From Mycobacteriales bacterium (lineage in GTDB: Bacteria; Actinomycetota; Actinomycetes; JAFAQI01), in contig DASZXY010000013.1 of NCBI GenBank assembly GCA_035545635.1, forward strand, positions 184,207 through 248,206: 64,000 nt of DNA. Direction: 5' to 3'. Shown here piece after piece: positions 31,129-41,101 of this stretch (position 1 is the first letter of the stretch; the number at the start of each line of letters is the position of its first letter). Both the position numbers and the translations under genes were made by a program. The notes below the pieces were generated by a model that worked only from the letters and a program-made list of their open reading frames with translations, did not search any database and was not told the origin of the DNA.

Positions 31129-33072
31129 ATGACCGCATTCGAGGGCTTCCTGATCACCGGGCTGGTGATCGGGTCGATCTATGCCCTCATCGCAATGGGT
31201 CTCGTCGTGACCTACACGACGACGGGCATCTTCAACTTCTCCCACGGCGCCGTCGCAATGTTCGCGGCGTACATGTACTGGCAGCTCTGGCAGGGCTGGG
31301 GCCTGAACTCCGTCCTGGCTTTCCTGATCGTCCTGCTTGTCATTGCGCCCGTGTTCGGACTCGTCGTCGAGTTCGTGCTGATGCGCCCGTTGCGGGGCGC
31401 GCCGGTCGACCTCACCGTGGTCGTCACCCTTGGGCTGCTGCTTGCCCTCGTCGGAGTCGCCAACAGCGTGTGGAGCCCGACGAAGACACGGGTGCTGTCG
31501 CAGTTCGACCACGGCCGGGGCTTCCGGGTCGGCGCCGTCCTCGTCAGCTACCACGAGCTGGTGACCGTCTGCGCGTTGATCACGGTCGCGATCCTGCTTC
31601 GCGCACTGTTCACCAAGACCCGCCTTGGCATCGCGATGCGCGCCGTCGTCGACAACCCCGACCTCGTCGCGATGGCCGGCGGCCGGCCGTTCCGCGTCTC
31701 CCAGCTGTCGTGGGTGCTGTCCTGCTCGCTCGCAGCGCTCGGCGGCATGCTGCTCGCCCCGATCGAGCAGCTGAACATCCTCAACCTGACCCTGCTGGTC
31801 ATTGATGGCTACGCCGCCGCGATCATCGGACGACTGCGCAACCTGCCGGTCGCAGTGGGCGGCGCGATCGTGATCGCGGTCGGCCAGATCATGGCGCAGG
31901 GCTACCTGCCGGCGTCGGGCTTCCTCACCCGGATCCAGAACATCATCCCGATGATCGTGCTGTTCATCATGCTGATCCTGCTTCCACAGGATCGACTGAA
32001 GAGCGCCACGTTCGCCGACGCCGTCGCGCCGCGCGTCGCAGGCCTGAGGTCGTCGCTGAGCACCGGGGTAGTAGTCCTCATCGCCGCGGCGATCGTGTCG
32101 GCGTTCCTGTCCGGGCCGAACCTCAAGATCGGCGCGAACGGCTTCGTCACCGGCATCGAGATCCTGTCCCTCGTCCTGCTCACCGGGTACGGCGGGATGG
32201 TCTCGCTGTGCGTGCTCTCCTTCGTGGGCATCGGTGCCTATGCGATGTCGCACGCCGGCGGGACCGGCGGCTCACTCCTCGGCGTCCTCGCGGCGGTTGG
32301 CCTGTCGGCCGCCGTCGGAGCCGTGGTCGCGCTCCCCACACTTCGGCTACGTGGCCTCTATCTCGCGCTCGCGACGTTCTCCTTCGCCACGGTCATGGAC
32401 CTCGCCGTCTTCACCCAGATCCTCGGCACCGGCGGCAGCATCAACGTCGCGCGAGTCCACATCCCGGGCATCCCGACGAGGTCCGACCGCGCCTACTTCA
32501 TGGTGTGCGCCGTCACCTTCGTGCTGGTAGCGGTTGGCGTCCTCGCGTTGCGTCGTAGCTCGTTCGGCCGACGTCTCGTCGCGACGAACGACTCGCCCGC
32601 AGCCTGCGCAACGCTCGGCGTCAACGTCAACGGGACGAAGCTGATCACGTTCACGATCGCGGCGGGGCTTGCCGGTCTGGCCGGCGCGTTGTTCGGCGGG
32701 GTGCCGGGCCAGGTGTCCGCAAACGACTTCGCGGCCCTCGGCAGTCTCGTCGTTCTGCTCCTCGCCCGCGTCGGCGGCATCAACACGGCGACCGGGGCGC
32801 TGCTCGGCGCCTCGACGTTGACCGTCTTCCAGATCTCACAACCGCACCTGCCGAGCTGGGTCGGCCAGCTGCAGTACACGTTGACCGGCCTCGCGGCCAT
32901 CAGCGTCGGCAAGAACCCGAACGGCTTCGGCGGCAGGATCGCCAAGCTGATCGAGCGGGTGCGCCCGCAGTCCGACGAGCTCCCCGCCGAGCTCCAGACT
33001 GTGGGCGACGAAGGCACGGTCGGATCCGTGTTCTTCGCCGAGGAGCAGGAGCTCGCGCATGCCGGCCGCTGA
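31129..33072 (+). CDS. ABC transporter permease, fused LivH-LivM type
   Basis: 647 aa with two BPD-transporter inner-membrane domains. Confidence 0.85.
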   Translation: MTAFEGFLITGLVIGSIYALIAMGLVVTYTTTGIFNFSHGAVAMFAAYMYWQLWQGWGLNSVLAFLIVLLVIAPVFGLVVEFVLMRPLRGAPVDLTVVVTLGLLLALVGVANSVWSPTKTRVLSQFDHGRGFRVGAVLVSYHELVTVCALITVAILLRALFTKTRLGIAMRAVVDNPDLVAMAGGRPFRVSQLSWVLSCSLAALGGMLLAPIEQLNILNLTLLVIDGYAAAIIGRLRNLPVAVGGAIVIAVGQIMAQGYLPASGFLTRIQNIIPMIVLFIMLILLPQDRLKSATFADAVAPRVAGLRSSLSTGVVVLIAAAIVSAFLSGPNLKIGANGFVTGIEILSLVLLTGYGGMVSLCVLSFVGIGAYAMSHAGGTGGSLLGVLAAVGLSAAVGAVVALPTLRLRGLYLALATFSFATVMDLAVFTQILGTGGSINVARVHIPGIPTRSDRAYFMVCAVTFVLVAVGVLALRRSSFGRRLVATNDSPAACATLGVNVNGTKLITFTIAAGLAGLAGALFGGVPGQVSANDFAALGSLVVLLLARVGGINTATGALLGASTLTVFQISQPHLPSWVGQLQYTLTGLAAISVGKNPNGFGGRIAKLIERVRPQSDELPAELQTVGDEGTVGSVFFAEEQELAHAGR

Positions 33073-33826
33073 GCGCGCGGCCAGCCGGCCGGACCCCGTG
33101 CTCGAGGTCGTCAACGCCTCGGTGCGCTTCGGTGGGATCAACGCCGTCTCCGATGTCTCGCTGTCTGTGCTGCCGGGCCAGGTCACCGGGCTGATCGGTC
33201 CCAACGGGGCAGGCAAGACCACAACCTTCAACGTGATCACCGGACTTCAGGAACCGACCCACGGCAAGGTCTTCATCGATGGCAAGGAGGTGAGCAAGCT
33301 CGCGCCGTTCAAGCGTGCTCGGCGCGGACTCGCTCGCACGTTCCAGCGCCTCGAGGTCTTCGGCTCGCTCACGGTCTACGAGAACGTCCTCGCCGCGGCC
33401 GAGTTCCACAAGTCGTGGTCGGACGACGCGACGCCGCCGGTGAAGGTGGCGGCCGAGGTCATCGACAGGGTCGGCCTGCGCCGCGTGGCCAACGCCCGGG
33501 TCGACGCGCTGCCCACCGGCATCTCGCGGCTCGTCGAGCTCGGCCGCGCGCTTGCCACCCGGCCGCGCGTGCTGCTGCTCGACGAGGTCGGTTCCGGGCT
33601 CAACGCCGAAGAGACCGACGCTCTCGGCGACCTGATGCTCGCCCTGGTGAGTGACGGTACGGCGATCTTGCTCGTTGAGCATGACGTGGAGCTCGTCATG
33701 CGGGTGTGTACGGAGATCTACGTCCTCGACTTCGGACGGATCATCGCGAACGGCACGCCGGCGCAGATCCAGAAGGACCCGGTCGTGAAAGCGGCCTACC
33801 TAGGCGCGGACGACATCGCCTCATGA
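33059..33826 (+). CDS. ABC transporter ATP-binding protein (LivG-like)
   Basis: Walker A GPNGAGKTT, signature and Walker B motifs. Confidence 0.9.
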   Translation: MPAAERAASRPDPVLEVVNASVRFGGINAVSDVSLSVLPGQVTGLIGPNGAGKTTTFNVITGLQEPTHGKVFIDGKEVSKLAPFKRARRGLARTFQRLEVFGSLTVYENVLAAAEFHKSWSDDATPPVKVAAEVIDRVGLRRVANARVDALPTGISRLVELGRALATRPRVLLLDEVGSGLNAEETDALGDLMLALVSDGTAILLVEHDVELVMRVCTEIYVLDFGRIIANGTPAQIQKDPVVKAAYLGADDIAS

Positions 33827-33836
33827 ACCACTCGCC

Positions 33837-33882
33837 ACGAAATCCCTCCGCTACCCTCCACGATTCCGCGGGGGCCGTGGAA
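33837..33882. repeat. Spacer element R2 (ACGAAATCCCTCCGCT...CACGATTCCGCGGGGGCCGTGGAATG)
   Basis: Near-identical to R1. It ends with the ATG start codon of the livF-like gene. Confidence 0.7.
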
Positions 33883-34592
33883 TGAGCACGCACGCCATAG
33901 AGCTCATCGACCTGCACGCCGGCTATGGCCGGATCGAGGTGCTGCACGGCGTCAACCTCGCCGTACCGAGCGGCACGGTCTTCGCGCTGCTCGGACCTAA
34001 CGGCGGCGGCAAGTCGACGACGCTTCAGGTCGTCTCCGGAGCGATTCGTCCCACCTCCGGCTGCGTCCATATCGCGGGCTCGCACGTGAACGGCGCCAGC
34101 CCCGACGCCCTGGCACGGGCCGGCGTGACCCGGATCCCGGAGGGACGCGGGATTTTCCCGAACCTCACCGTCGACGACAATCTCCGGATCTGGACGTACG
34201 CCGCGGGTGAGTCGCTGAAGTCGGTGCAGAAAACGACGTTCAAGCGCTTCCCGCGCCTCGAGGAACGCCGTAACCAGCGCGCCGGGACGATGAGCGGCGG
34301 CGAGCAGCAGATGCTCGCGATGTCACGGGCGCTCGTTGCGCGACCCGCCGTACTGCTGCTCGACGAGATCTCCATGGGTTTGGCGCCGATAATCGTCAGT
34401 GAGCTCTACTCACTGGTGCGCCAACTCGCTGAGGAGGGGATCACGATCCTGCTCGTGGAGCAGTTCGCGACCACGGCGCTACGCGTCGCGGACTTCGCTG
34501 CAGTAATGACGCAGGGCCGCATCATCGCGGTCGGCGAACCGCAGGACATCGAGTCGCAGGTGTCCGAGGCCTACCTCGGTGGTGCCGCATGA
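33882..34592 (+). CDS. ABC transporter ATP-binding protein (LivF-like)
   Basis: Walker A GPNGGGKST, LSGGEQQ signature. Confidence 0.9.
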   Translation: MSTHAIELIDLHAGYGRIEVLHGVNLAVPSGTVFALLGPNGGGKSTTLQVVSGAIRPTSGCVHIAGSHVNGASPDALARAGVTRIPEGRGIFPNLTVDDNLRIWTYAAGESLKSVQKTTFKRFPRLEERRNQRAGTMSGGEQQMLAMSRALVARPAVLLLDEISMGLAPIIVSELYSLVRQLAEEGITILLVEQFATTALRVADFAAVMTQGRIIAVGEPQDIESQVSEAYLGGAA

Positions 34593-35890
34593 TCCGACCA
34601 GCACTCAGCTTCCGGCGCCGCGCGGCGGTCGGCATCGTCGCCATCGGCGTCGCCGCGGTCGCTCCGCTCACGACCACGCTGCAGGCAGGCGCCACGCCGG
34701 GCTCTGCCCTCGGCGCGGTGAACGTGCACGCGGTCGCTGTCGGGTTACGCATCCCGTTCTACGAGCACCAGGGCGAAGACGCGCAGGCGGAGATCCCTTA
34801 CGCGATGTCCGACCTTGGCGGTGGCGGCGTCGCACACGCCCTCACGACGTTCTTCTGGCCCGGCGGGACTGGCGCGTCGCTCGGCTCGACGCTCGGCGTC
34901 CTCGCACAGGGCAAGATTCCGCAGAACGTCCTCGACATGCTCAACGACCCGTTCAAGGCGGAGGCGCCGACCACGCAAGGCGATGAGAAGGTGTCGCTGA
35001 GCCAGCCGGGCTTCATCATGCAGGCACTGGCGCAGCCCACGCATGTCAACTCGAGCTCGGCGCTCGGTCTGTCGAACCTGGCGAACTTCAAAAACAACGC
35101 GGGCCCGCTGGTCAGCTCGACCACGAACATCGCCTTCAAGGGCGCGGACACAGTCGTGGGCGATGCCTCGAGCACGCTGACCGACATCGCTGTCGGCCCG
35201 CTCTCGATCGGCTCGCTGGTGTCCGCCGTACACGCGACGTCGAACGGCAAGCACGCGACCGGTACCGCGACGACCAACATCGTCGGTGCGAAGATCGCCG
35301 GCGTCCCCGTCATCCTCGGGCACGACGGCATTGAGCTCGCCGGCCAGAGCGCGCTACCGGCAAGTGTCGTCAAGACGCTCAACAAGACGGTCAACTCCGC
35401 GCTCGCTGCCGCGGGCCTGAAGATCTACGTCACGAAGTCCTCGAAGCTCGCGCACGGCGCGGAGGTCTCGCTGCAGTCCGGCGAGCTGATCGTCATGCTC
35501 AACAAGGCGGGCTACAAGTCCGGCGCCAATGACACCGGACTTGTCCTCGAGCTCGGCGGCGCGAGCATCACGGCAAACGCCACCGGCGGCTACGTCGCAC
35601 CCGTCCTGCCGACTCCCTCGTCGTCGACGCTGCCGACATCGGGCAGCGACAGCACGACGGGCAGCCAGCCACTACCTGACACCAGCACTGGGACGATGGT
35701 CACGAGCCCACCGAACCCGCCCGCGCCGGTAGTGGCCGAGAAGCCACTGTCGATGCCCGGTCCGCTGTCGTCGTGGTGGGTCGTCCTCGGCGTCGCCCTC
35801 GCCGTTCTCTTCTCGTATCTCATGTCGTTGCTTCCAGGCCGCGCGTTCGCGGCTGCAGCCGCCGGCTGTCGCCTTGAGGAGGAGTCATGA
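34589..35890 (+). CDS. Surface-anchored hypothetical protein (signal peptide, Ser/Thr/Pro-rich stalk, C-terminal TM anchor)
   Basis: 433 aa. Its start is in an ATGA overlap with the livF stop. The N-terminus has a signal peptide with RRR, and a C-terminal hydrophobic helix follows a PNPPAPV region. No recognisable domain. Confidence 0.55.
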   Translation: MIRPALSFRRRAAVGIVAIGVAAVAPLTTTLQAGATPGSALGAVNVHAVAVGLRIPFYEHQGEDAQAEIPYAMSDLGGGGVAHALTTFFWPGGTGASLGSTLGVLAQGKIPQNVLDMLNDPFKAEAPTTQGDEKVSLSQPGFIMQALAQPTHVNSSSALGLSNLANFKNNAGPLVSSTTNIAFKGADTVVGDASSTLTDIAVGPLSIGSLVSAVHATSNGKHATGTATTNIVGAKIAGVPVILGHDGIELAGQSALPASVVKTLNKTVNSALAAAGLKIYVTKSSKLAHGAEVSLQSGELIVMLNKAGYKSGANDTGLVLELGGASITANATGGYVAPVLPTPSSSTLPTSGSDSTTGSQPLPDTSTGTMVTSPPNPPAPVVAEKPLSMPGPLSSWWVVLGVALAVLFSYLMSLLPGRAFAAAAAGCRLEEES

Positions 35891-36450
35891 CGACCTCGGT
35901 CGAGACGCTCAACGAGGGCGGTGGAGCGGCAAGCCTGATGGGGCGCTTGTCCGAGCAGACCCGCGCTGTCCGCACCCGGGCAGCCGGGTTCGGATTCGAC
36001 CGGCTCATGCTTGTCGCGGGCGGGGTGCTGATGCCCGTCGGCATCATCCTGATCCTGCTCGGCTGGGCGGGGGCCTCTCGCACGCCGTTCGCATGGGAGC
36101 AGACCGACTACCTGATCTCCGGCGGCATCCTCGGACTCGGCCTGGTTTTCGCCGGCGGCTTCCTCTACTTCTCGTACTGGAACACGGTGCGCATCAACGA
36201 ATCGCGCGCGCAGGCGCGCCAGGTCGTCGCCGCGCTCGGCCGCGTCGAGGCACTGCTTTCCGGCGGTGCCGGGGTCGATGAAGGCGGCCGCGCGATTCCC
36301 GCACCGCGCCGCTTCGTCGCGACTCCGAGCGGCTCGATCTTCCACCGGCCCGACTGCGCGGCCGTCGCGGGCCGCTCCGATGTCAAGGATGTCAACGTCG
36401 AGCGGACCTCCCTGAAGCCGTGCCGCATCTGCAACCCGCTCGATCAGTAA
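35887..36450 (+). CDS. Small membrane protein with C-terminal Cys/His cluster
   Basis: 187 aa with two TM helices and a HRPDC...CRIC tail. ATGA overlap with the upstream gene. Confidence 0.5.
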   Translation: MTTSVETLNEGGGAASLMGRLSEQTRAVRTRAAGFGFDRLMLVAGGVLMPVGIILILLGWAGASRTPFAWEQTDYLISGGILGLGLVFAGGFLYFSYWNTVRINESRAQARQVVAALGRVEALLSGGAGVDEGGRAIPAPRRFVATPSGSIFHRPDCAAVAGRSDVKDVNVERTSLKPCRICNPLDQ

Positions 36451-36452
36451 CG

Positions 36453-37382
36453 GTGCCGATCCCAGACGAGTTCTTCGCACTCGCCAAGGAAGTCAACAAC
36501 TGGGGGCGCTGGGGCGCCGAGGACGAGCGCGGCACCCTCAACCTGATCTCGCCTGGAGCGATCCGCGCCGCAGGCGCCGAAGTCCGTGACGGCAAACGGT
36601 TCTCCCTCGCCATCCCCATGTCGGTCGACGGGCCACAGCTCGGGTTCGTGCCCGGTCGCACCAACCCGACCCGCACGACGATCGCGCATTACGAGCTGTA
36701 CGGCGACGACGAGCGCGGCATTCGCTTCAACGACGACTCCGTGCAGATGGGCGTGCAGGCCGCGACCCATTGGGACGCTCTCGGGCACGCCAGCTACAAC
36801 GGCCGGATCTACAACGGCTTCGACGTCGAGACCATCGACGCGGAGTCGGGTGCGAGCCGGCTCGGCGCCGACAAGCTCGGCGCAATCGTCGGGCGCGGTG
36901 TGCTTCTCGACCTGCCGAAGGCACGTGGGCTCGAACGGCTCGACGGCGGTCATGCGCTGACGCCAGACGATCTGGAAGCGGCCGAGGAGGTCGGCAAGGT
37001 CACCGTCGGTGAGGGCGACATCGTGTTGCTGCGTACCGGCCAGATGCAGCATCTGCATGCCGGCGACAAGATGGCGTACTGCATCTCGACGGCGGGTCCT
37101 TCGACGCAAACCGTGAGGTGGTTCCACTCGCGGGGCGTCGCGGCAGTCGCGACGGACAACCTGTCCTTCGAGGTCTACCCCGGGGAGAACGACGACGTGA
37201 TGTTCCCGGTGCACATGCTTCATCTCGTCGAGATGGGCATGCCGCAAGGACAGAACTTCGACTTGGAGGAGCTGGCGGCCGACTGCGCAGCCGACGGTCG
37301 CTACGCCTTCTTCCTGAGCGCCACGCCCGAGCCGATCGTCGGGGCGACCGGGGCGCCCGTCACGCCGGTAGCAATCAAGTAG
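36453..37382 (+). CDS. Cyclase-family protein (kynurenine-formamidase-like)
   Basis: PF04199-like features (HxGTHxDxPxH-like region, QATHWDALGHASYNGRIYNG). A GTG at 36453 sits 3 nt after the upstream stop. Confidence 0.65.
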   Translation: MPIPDEFFALAKEVNNWGRWGAEDERGTLNLISPGAIRAAGAEVRDGKRFSLAIPMSVDGPQLGFVPGRTNPTRTTIAHYELYGDDERGIRFNDDSVQMGVQAATHWDALGHASYNGRIYNGFDVETIDAESGASRLGADKLGAIVGRGVLLDLPKARGLERLDGGHALTPDDLEAAEEVGKVTVGEGDIVLLRTGQMQHLHAGDKMAYCISTAGPSTQTVRWFHSRGVAAVATDNLSFEVYPGENDDVMFPVHMLHLVEMGMPQGQNFDLEELAADCAADGRYAFFLSATPEPIVGATGAPVTPVAIK

Positions 37383-39795
37383 TGACGGTCAGGCCGGCCT
37401 CATCGTGAGCCGGCTGCCGGGTCCGCGGTAGCTGCATCGGCAGCTTCGTCAGGTGCTCGGGGTCCCGCAGCAGCGCGGTGATCCGGTGCGGGTCGAGCGG
37501 ACGCGCGAAGTAGTAGCCCTGCACCGCGTCGCAGTCCGCGCGTTGCAGCCACTCCGCCTGAGCCGGAGTCTCCACGCCTTCCGCGACCGTGGTGAGGCCG
37601 AGCGACTTTCCGAGCGCGAGGCAGGCCGACACGAGCGAGGTCGACGGCTCGGTGCCGATCCCGGCCACGAACGAGCGGTCGACCTTGATCCGATCGACCG
37701 GGAACCGGGTGAGGTAACCCAGTGACGAGAAGCCGGTGCCGAAGTCGTCGAGCGCGATCGTGATGCCGCACGCACGCAGCCGCCGGAACTGGTCTTCGAT
37801 CTGCTCATCCGACGCCATCAGCACCGTCTCGGTGATCTCGATTCCCAGCGACGTCGGCGGCAGACCGCTCTCGCTGAGAACGCGCTGAACCGTGTCACAG
37901 AACCCTGGGTCGGCGAACTGCCGAGCCGACACGTTCACCCAGACGCGGAACCCGCGGTTCGCGAGATGAACCCACTGCCTGGCGTAGTGGCAGGCGTGGG
38001 CCAGCACTTGCGCGCCAAGCGGGATGATCAGACCGGTGTCTTCGGCAACCGCGAGGAACTCATCTGGGCGCAGCCGCCCGAGCGCCGGGTGGTCCCACCG
38101 CGCCAAGACCTCGACACCCGTGATGCCCCCGGTCCGCAGATCGACGATCGGCTGGTAGGCCGCGCTGATGTCCTTACCGGTGGCGAGCGCGTGTCGCAGC
38201 TCGCGCTCGACGTCGAGGCGGTTCTGTGCCTGCTTGCGAATGTGCGGGCCGAACACGACGACGCGGTCGCGGCCGTCTTCCTTCGCCCGGTACATCGCCG
38301 CGTCCGCGTCGCGGATCAGGGATACCGGGTCACCGCCACCGCGGGTGATCACGACGCCAATGCTGGCGCGGACCGAGTAGTCACGGTCGCCAACGATGAT
38401 CGGCACACCGACAGCGGCGCGGAACCTGTCCGCGAGCGAAATCGCCTCGGCCTCGTCGCCGACCTCGGCGAGGACGGTGAACTCGTCACCGCCGAAGCGT
38501 GCGACGGTGTCGGCAGCACGAGCAGTCGTGAGCAGCCGGCGCGCGGTCTCTGCGAGGACCTCGTCGCCCGTCGAGTGGTCCACACCGTCGTTCACCAGCT
38601 TGAACTGGTCAAGGTCGAGGAACATGACGGCAACGGCCGACGACTGGCGCTTAGCGCGAGCCAGCGCTTCGGACAGCCGGTCGGCGAACAACGAGCGGTT
38701 CGGCAGTCCGGTGAGCGCGTCGTGCGTCGCCTGATGGGACAGCTGGGCCTGCGCCTCGCGCTCACGCTCGAGCAGCTCGCAGCGGTCGATCGCGAGACCG
38801 ACGAACTCGGCGAGACCATTCAGCGCGCGGAACTCGTTGCGCGCGAAGAACGGCAAGTAGGGGTCGCTGCGCACCACAAGCCGGTGCGCGCGGCCAACCG
38901 GCACCTCGAGGGGCACGGTCTCGTCGGCAACCTCACTGGCCGGCCGCTGCTCCGGGACGTCCGACGCCCGGTAACGCGCGACCTCAACGTTGTCGCCGTC
39001 GACGAGCGCGATGTCGGACGCGCCGGTCAGCGCAGCGACATGGGGAAGCAGGCCGGAGGCAACGTCAGCGGCGGAGTAGGCGCTGACCAGGTCGGCGACG
39101 GCAACCCGCATCGCGTTCCGTTCCTTGGTCCGCCACCAAGTCCGGACGGCACCGGGCAGCACCAGACCGAGCCCGAACATCACGGCCATCACGGCGGTGT
39201 TGACCTCGCTCGCGAGCTGCACGTTCGGGTGGTAGCTGAGGCCGAGAGTGCTGAGGATCACCGGTACGTCGAGACCGGCTGCGGCCACCGCGAGGATGCG
39301 CATCCGGTAGCGCGCAGCCTGCGGCTGGTGCGCACCAGCGCGCCACATCCGGACGGCGACGAAGCCGAACAACGAACCCCACTGCAGGGTGATCAGCACG
39401 CGATAGGCGAGGAAGCCGGGAGGCGCGTCCTGACCCGGATATGGCAGATACGGGATGATGAGGGTGCCGGTGACCGCGGCGAGCGTCAGCCACGCCGCAA
39501 GGTGGCGCGCCCAGTTCCGGACCGGCGCAAAGCTGGCCGCGAACCGGTACAGCGCATAAGGCACGAGCAGCACCGAGCACAGGAGCGACTTGATCAGCCC
39601 GCTCGGCAGCATGAGGAGGCCGGCTTCCTGAACCACCAGGCTGGTGACGCTGATCGCGGCGAGCAAACCGAATGATCCAGCCGCCCAGCCGGCACCTCGG
39701 GCGCCGTACCGGCGCCACTGCCAGACCGACAGCGCGAAGAGCGCGACGAACTCGGCAGTGACGAAGTCGGTGAGAGTCCGCTGGAAGGTAGTCAC
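37375..39795 (-). CDS. Membrane sensor diguanylate cyclase/phosphodiesterase (GGDEF-EAL)
   Basis: N-terminal polytopic membrane domain, then GGDEF (RFGGDEFTVL) and EAL (EVLARW, QPIVDL) domains. 806 aa. Confidence 0.9.
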   Translation of the reverse strand: MTTFQRTLTDFVTAEFVALFALSVWQWRRYGARGAGWAAGSFGLLAAISVTSLVVQEAGLLMLPSGLIKSLLCSVLLVPYALYRFAASFAPVRNWARHLAAWLTLAAVTGTLIIPYLPYPGQDAPPGFLAYRVLITLQWGSLFGFVAVRMWRAGAHQPQAARYRMRILAVAAAGLDVPVILSTLGLSYHPNVQLASEVNTAVMAVMFGLGLVLPGAVRTWWRTKERNAMRVAVADLVSAYSAADVASGLLPHVAALTGASDIALVDGDNVEVARYRASDVPEQRPASEVADETVPLEVPVGRAHRLVVRSDPYLPFFARNEFRALNGLAEFVGLAIDRCELLEREREAQAQLSHQATHDALTGLPNRSLFADRLSEALARAKRQSSAVAVMFLDLDQFKLVNDGVDHSTGDEVLAETARRLLTTARAADTVARFGGDEFTVLAEVGDEAEAISLADRFRAAVGVPIIVGDRDYSVRASIGVVITRGGGDPVSLIRDADAAMYRAKEDGRDRVVVFGPHIRKQAQNRLDVERELRHALATGKDISAAYQPIVDLRTGGITGVEVLARWDHPALGRLRPDEFLAVAEDTGLIIPLGAQVLAHACHYARQWVHLANRGFRVWVNVSARQFADPGFCDTVQRVLSESGLPPTSLGIEITETVLMASDEQIEDQFRRLRACGITIALDDFGTGFSSLGYLTRFPVDRIKVDRSFVAGIGTEPSTSLVSACLALGKSLGLTTVAEGVETPAQAEWLQRADCDAVQGYYFARPLDPHRITALLRDPEHLTKLPMQLPRTRQPAHDEAGLTVTT

Positions 39796-39883
39796 GCCGA
39801 CTCCCCCTGGTGTACTTCACGAAATGGCAAGCCCAAATCGAGTAATCACCACAGGTTGGCGACCTTCGCCCATACCGGGCAAT

Positions 39884-39913
39884 AGCAAAAAATGGCTAGG
39901 ACAAAGCGTCCTA
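39884..39913 (-). terminator. Putative intrinsic terminator after the Ltp thiolase (hairpin TAGGAC-gcttt-GTCCTA followed by a T6 tract on the minus strand)
   Basis: The stem includes the thiolase stop codon. The run A6 on the plus strand (T6 on the minus strand) follows immediately. Confidence 0.45.
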
Positions 39914-41101
39914 AATCGCGAGCAACACCGACGAACCATGACCGAAGAGTCCCTGGTTCGCGGTGATTCCTGCCGTTGCGCCGTCGACCTGGCGCGCGCC
40001 GGCTTGCCCGCGCAGCTGCCACACCACTTCGCACACCTGCGCGAGCGCTTGCGCAGGCACCGCCTCCCCGAAGCAGGCCAGGCCGCCTGACGGGTTCACG
40101 GGGACGCGCCCACCGATCGTCGTGTCGCCGTCGTGGAGCATCCGCTCCGCTTCGCCCGCCTTGCACAACCCGATGTCTTCGTACCAGTCGAGCTCAAGCG
40201 CACTCGACAGGTCGTAGACCTCCGCAAGCGACAGATCCTCCGGGCCGATGCCGGCCTCTTCGTACGCGGCGTGCGCAATCGCCGACTTGAACGGCATCAC
40301 CGCATCGGGCACCGCGACACCGGAGTCCGTCGAGAAGTTCGGCATCTCGATCACCGTCTGCGGAAACGCGGGCGTCACGGTGGAGACGGCACGTACGGCC
40401 ACCGGCTTCTCGACGCCGTTGCGTGCCGCCCAGTCGGCGCTCGTCAGCACGATCGCCGCGCCGCCGTCACTCGTCGCGCAGATCTCGAGCAGGCGCAGCG
40501 GATCAGCGACGATCGCCGAGTCGAGGATCTCCTCAACAGTGAACGCCTTGCGGTAGCGCGCGTTGGGGTTCTCAAGGCCGTGCTTGCCGTTCTTGGCACG
40601 AACCAGCGCGAAGTCCTTCTCGGTCGCGCCGTACAACGCCATCCGGCGACGCGCGTAGAGCGCAAAGTACGTCGGATTCGTCGCACCCAGCAGCCGGAAG
40701 CGCAGCCAGTCCGGATCGTCGGGCCGGTCCCCCGCGTTCGGTGCGAGAAACCCCTTCGGCGTCGTGTCTGCGCCGACGACGAGGGCAACCTCACACCGGC
40801 CGGCGAGTATCTCGGCGCGCGCGACCTCGAGTGCTGTCGCACCGGACGCGCAGGCGGCATACGACGAGGCGACTCGCGCGCCGGTCCAGCCGAGTGCCTG
40901 CGCGAACGTCGCGCCACTCACGTAGCCGGGGTAGCCGTTGCGCATCGTGTCCGCGCCGGACACGAGCTGCACCTCACGCCACGCGACTCCGGCATCGGCG
41001 AGCGCAGCGCGCGCCGCCGCGACGCCGTACTCCACGAAGTTGCGACCCCACTTGCCCCAGGGATGCATGCCGACACCGGCGACGACGACATCGGCGGTCA
41101 T
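39911..41101 (-). CDS. Thiolase-like lipid-transfer protein (SCP-x type, Ltp)
   Basis: Thiolase fold with VVAGVGMHPWGKW and the Cys region ASSYAACASGATAL. Its ATG start is in an ATGA overlap with the DUF35 stop. Codons upstream of 41101 overlap the DUF35 gene. Confidence 0.8.
   Translation of the reverse strand: MTADVVVAGVGMHPWGKWGRNFVEYGVAAARAALADAGVAWREVQLVSGADTMRNGYPGYVSGATFAQALGWTGARVASSYAACASGATALEVARAEILAGRCEVALVVGADTTPKGFLAPNAGDRPDDPDWLRFRLLGATNPTYFALYARRRMALYGATEKDFALVRAKNGKHGLENPNARYRKAFTVEEILDSAIVADPLRLLEICATSDGGAAIVLTSADWAARNGVEKPVAVRAVSTVTPAFPQTVIEMPNFSTDSGVAVPDAVMPFKSAIAHAAYEEAGIGPEDLSLAEVYDLSSALELDWYEDIGLCKAGEAERMLHDGDTTIGGRVPVNPSGGLACFGEAVPAQALAQVCEVVWQLRGQAGARQVDGATAGITANQGLFGHGSSVLLAI

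Noticed and set aside
37966-39675. 569-aa plus-strand ORF
   Set aside because: Antisense to the GGDEF-EAL gene. Arg/Asp/Gly-rich low complexity.
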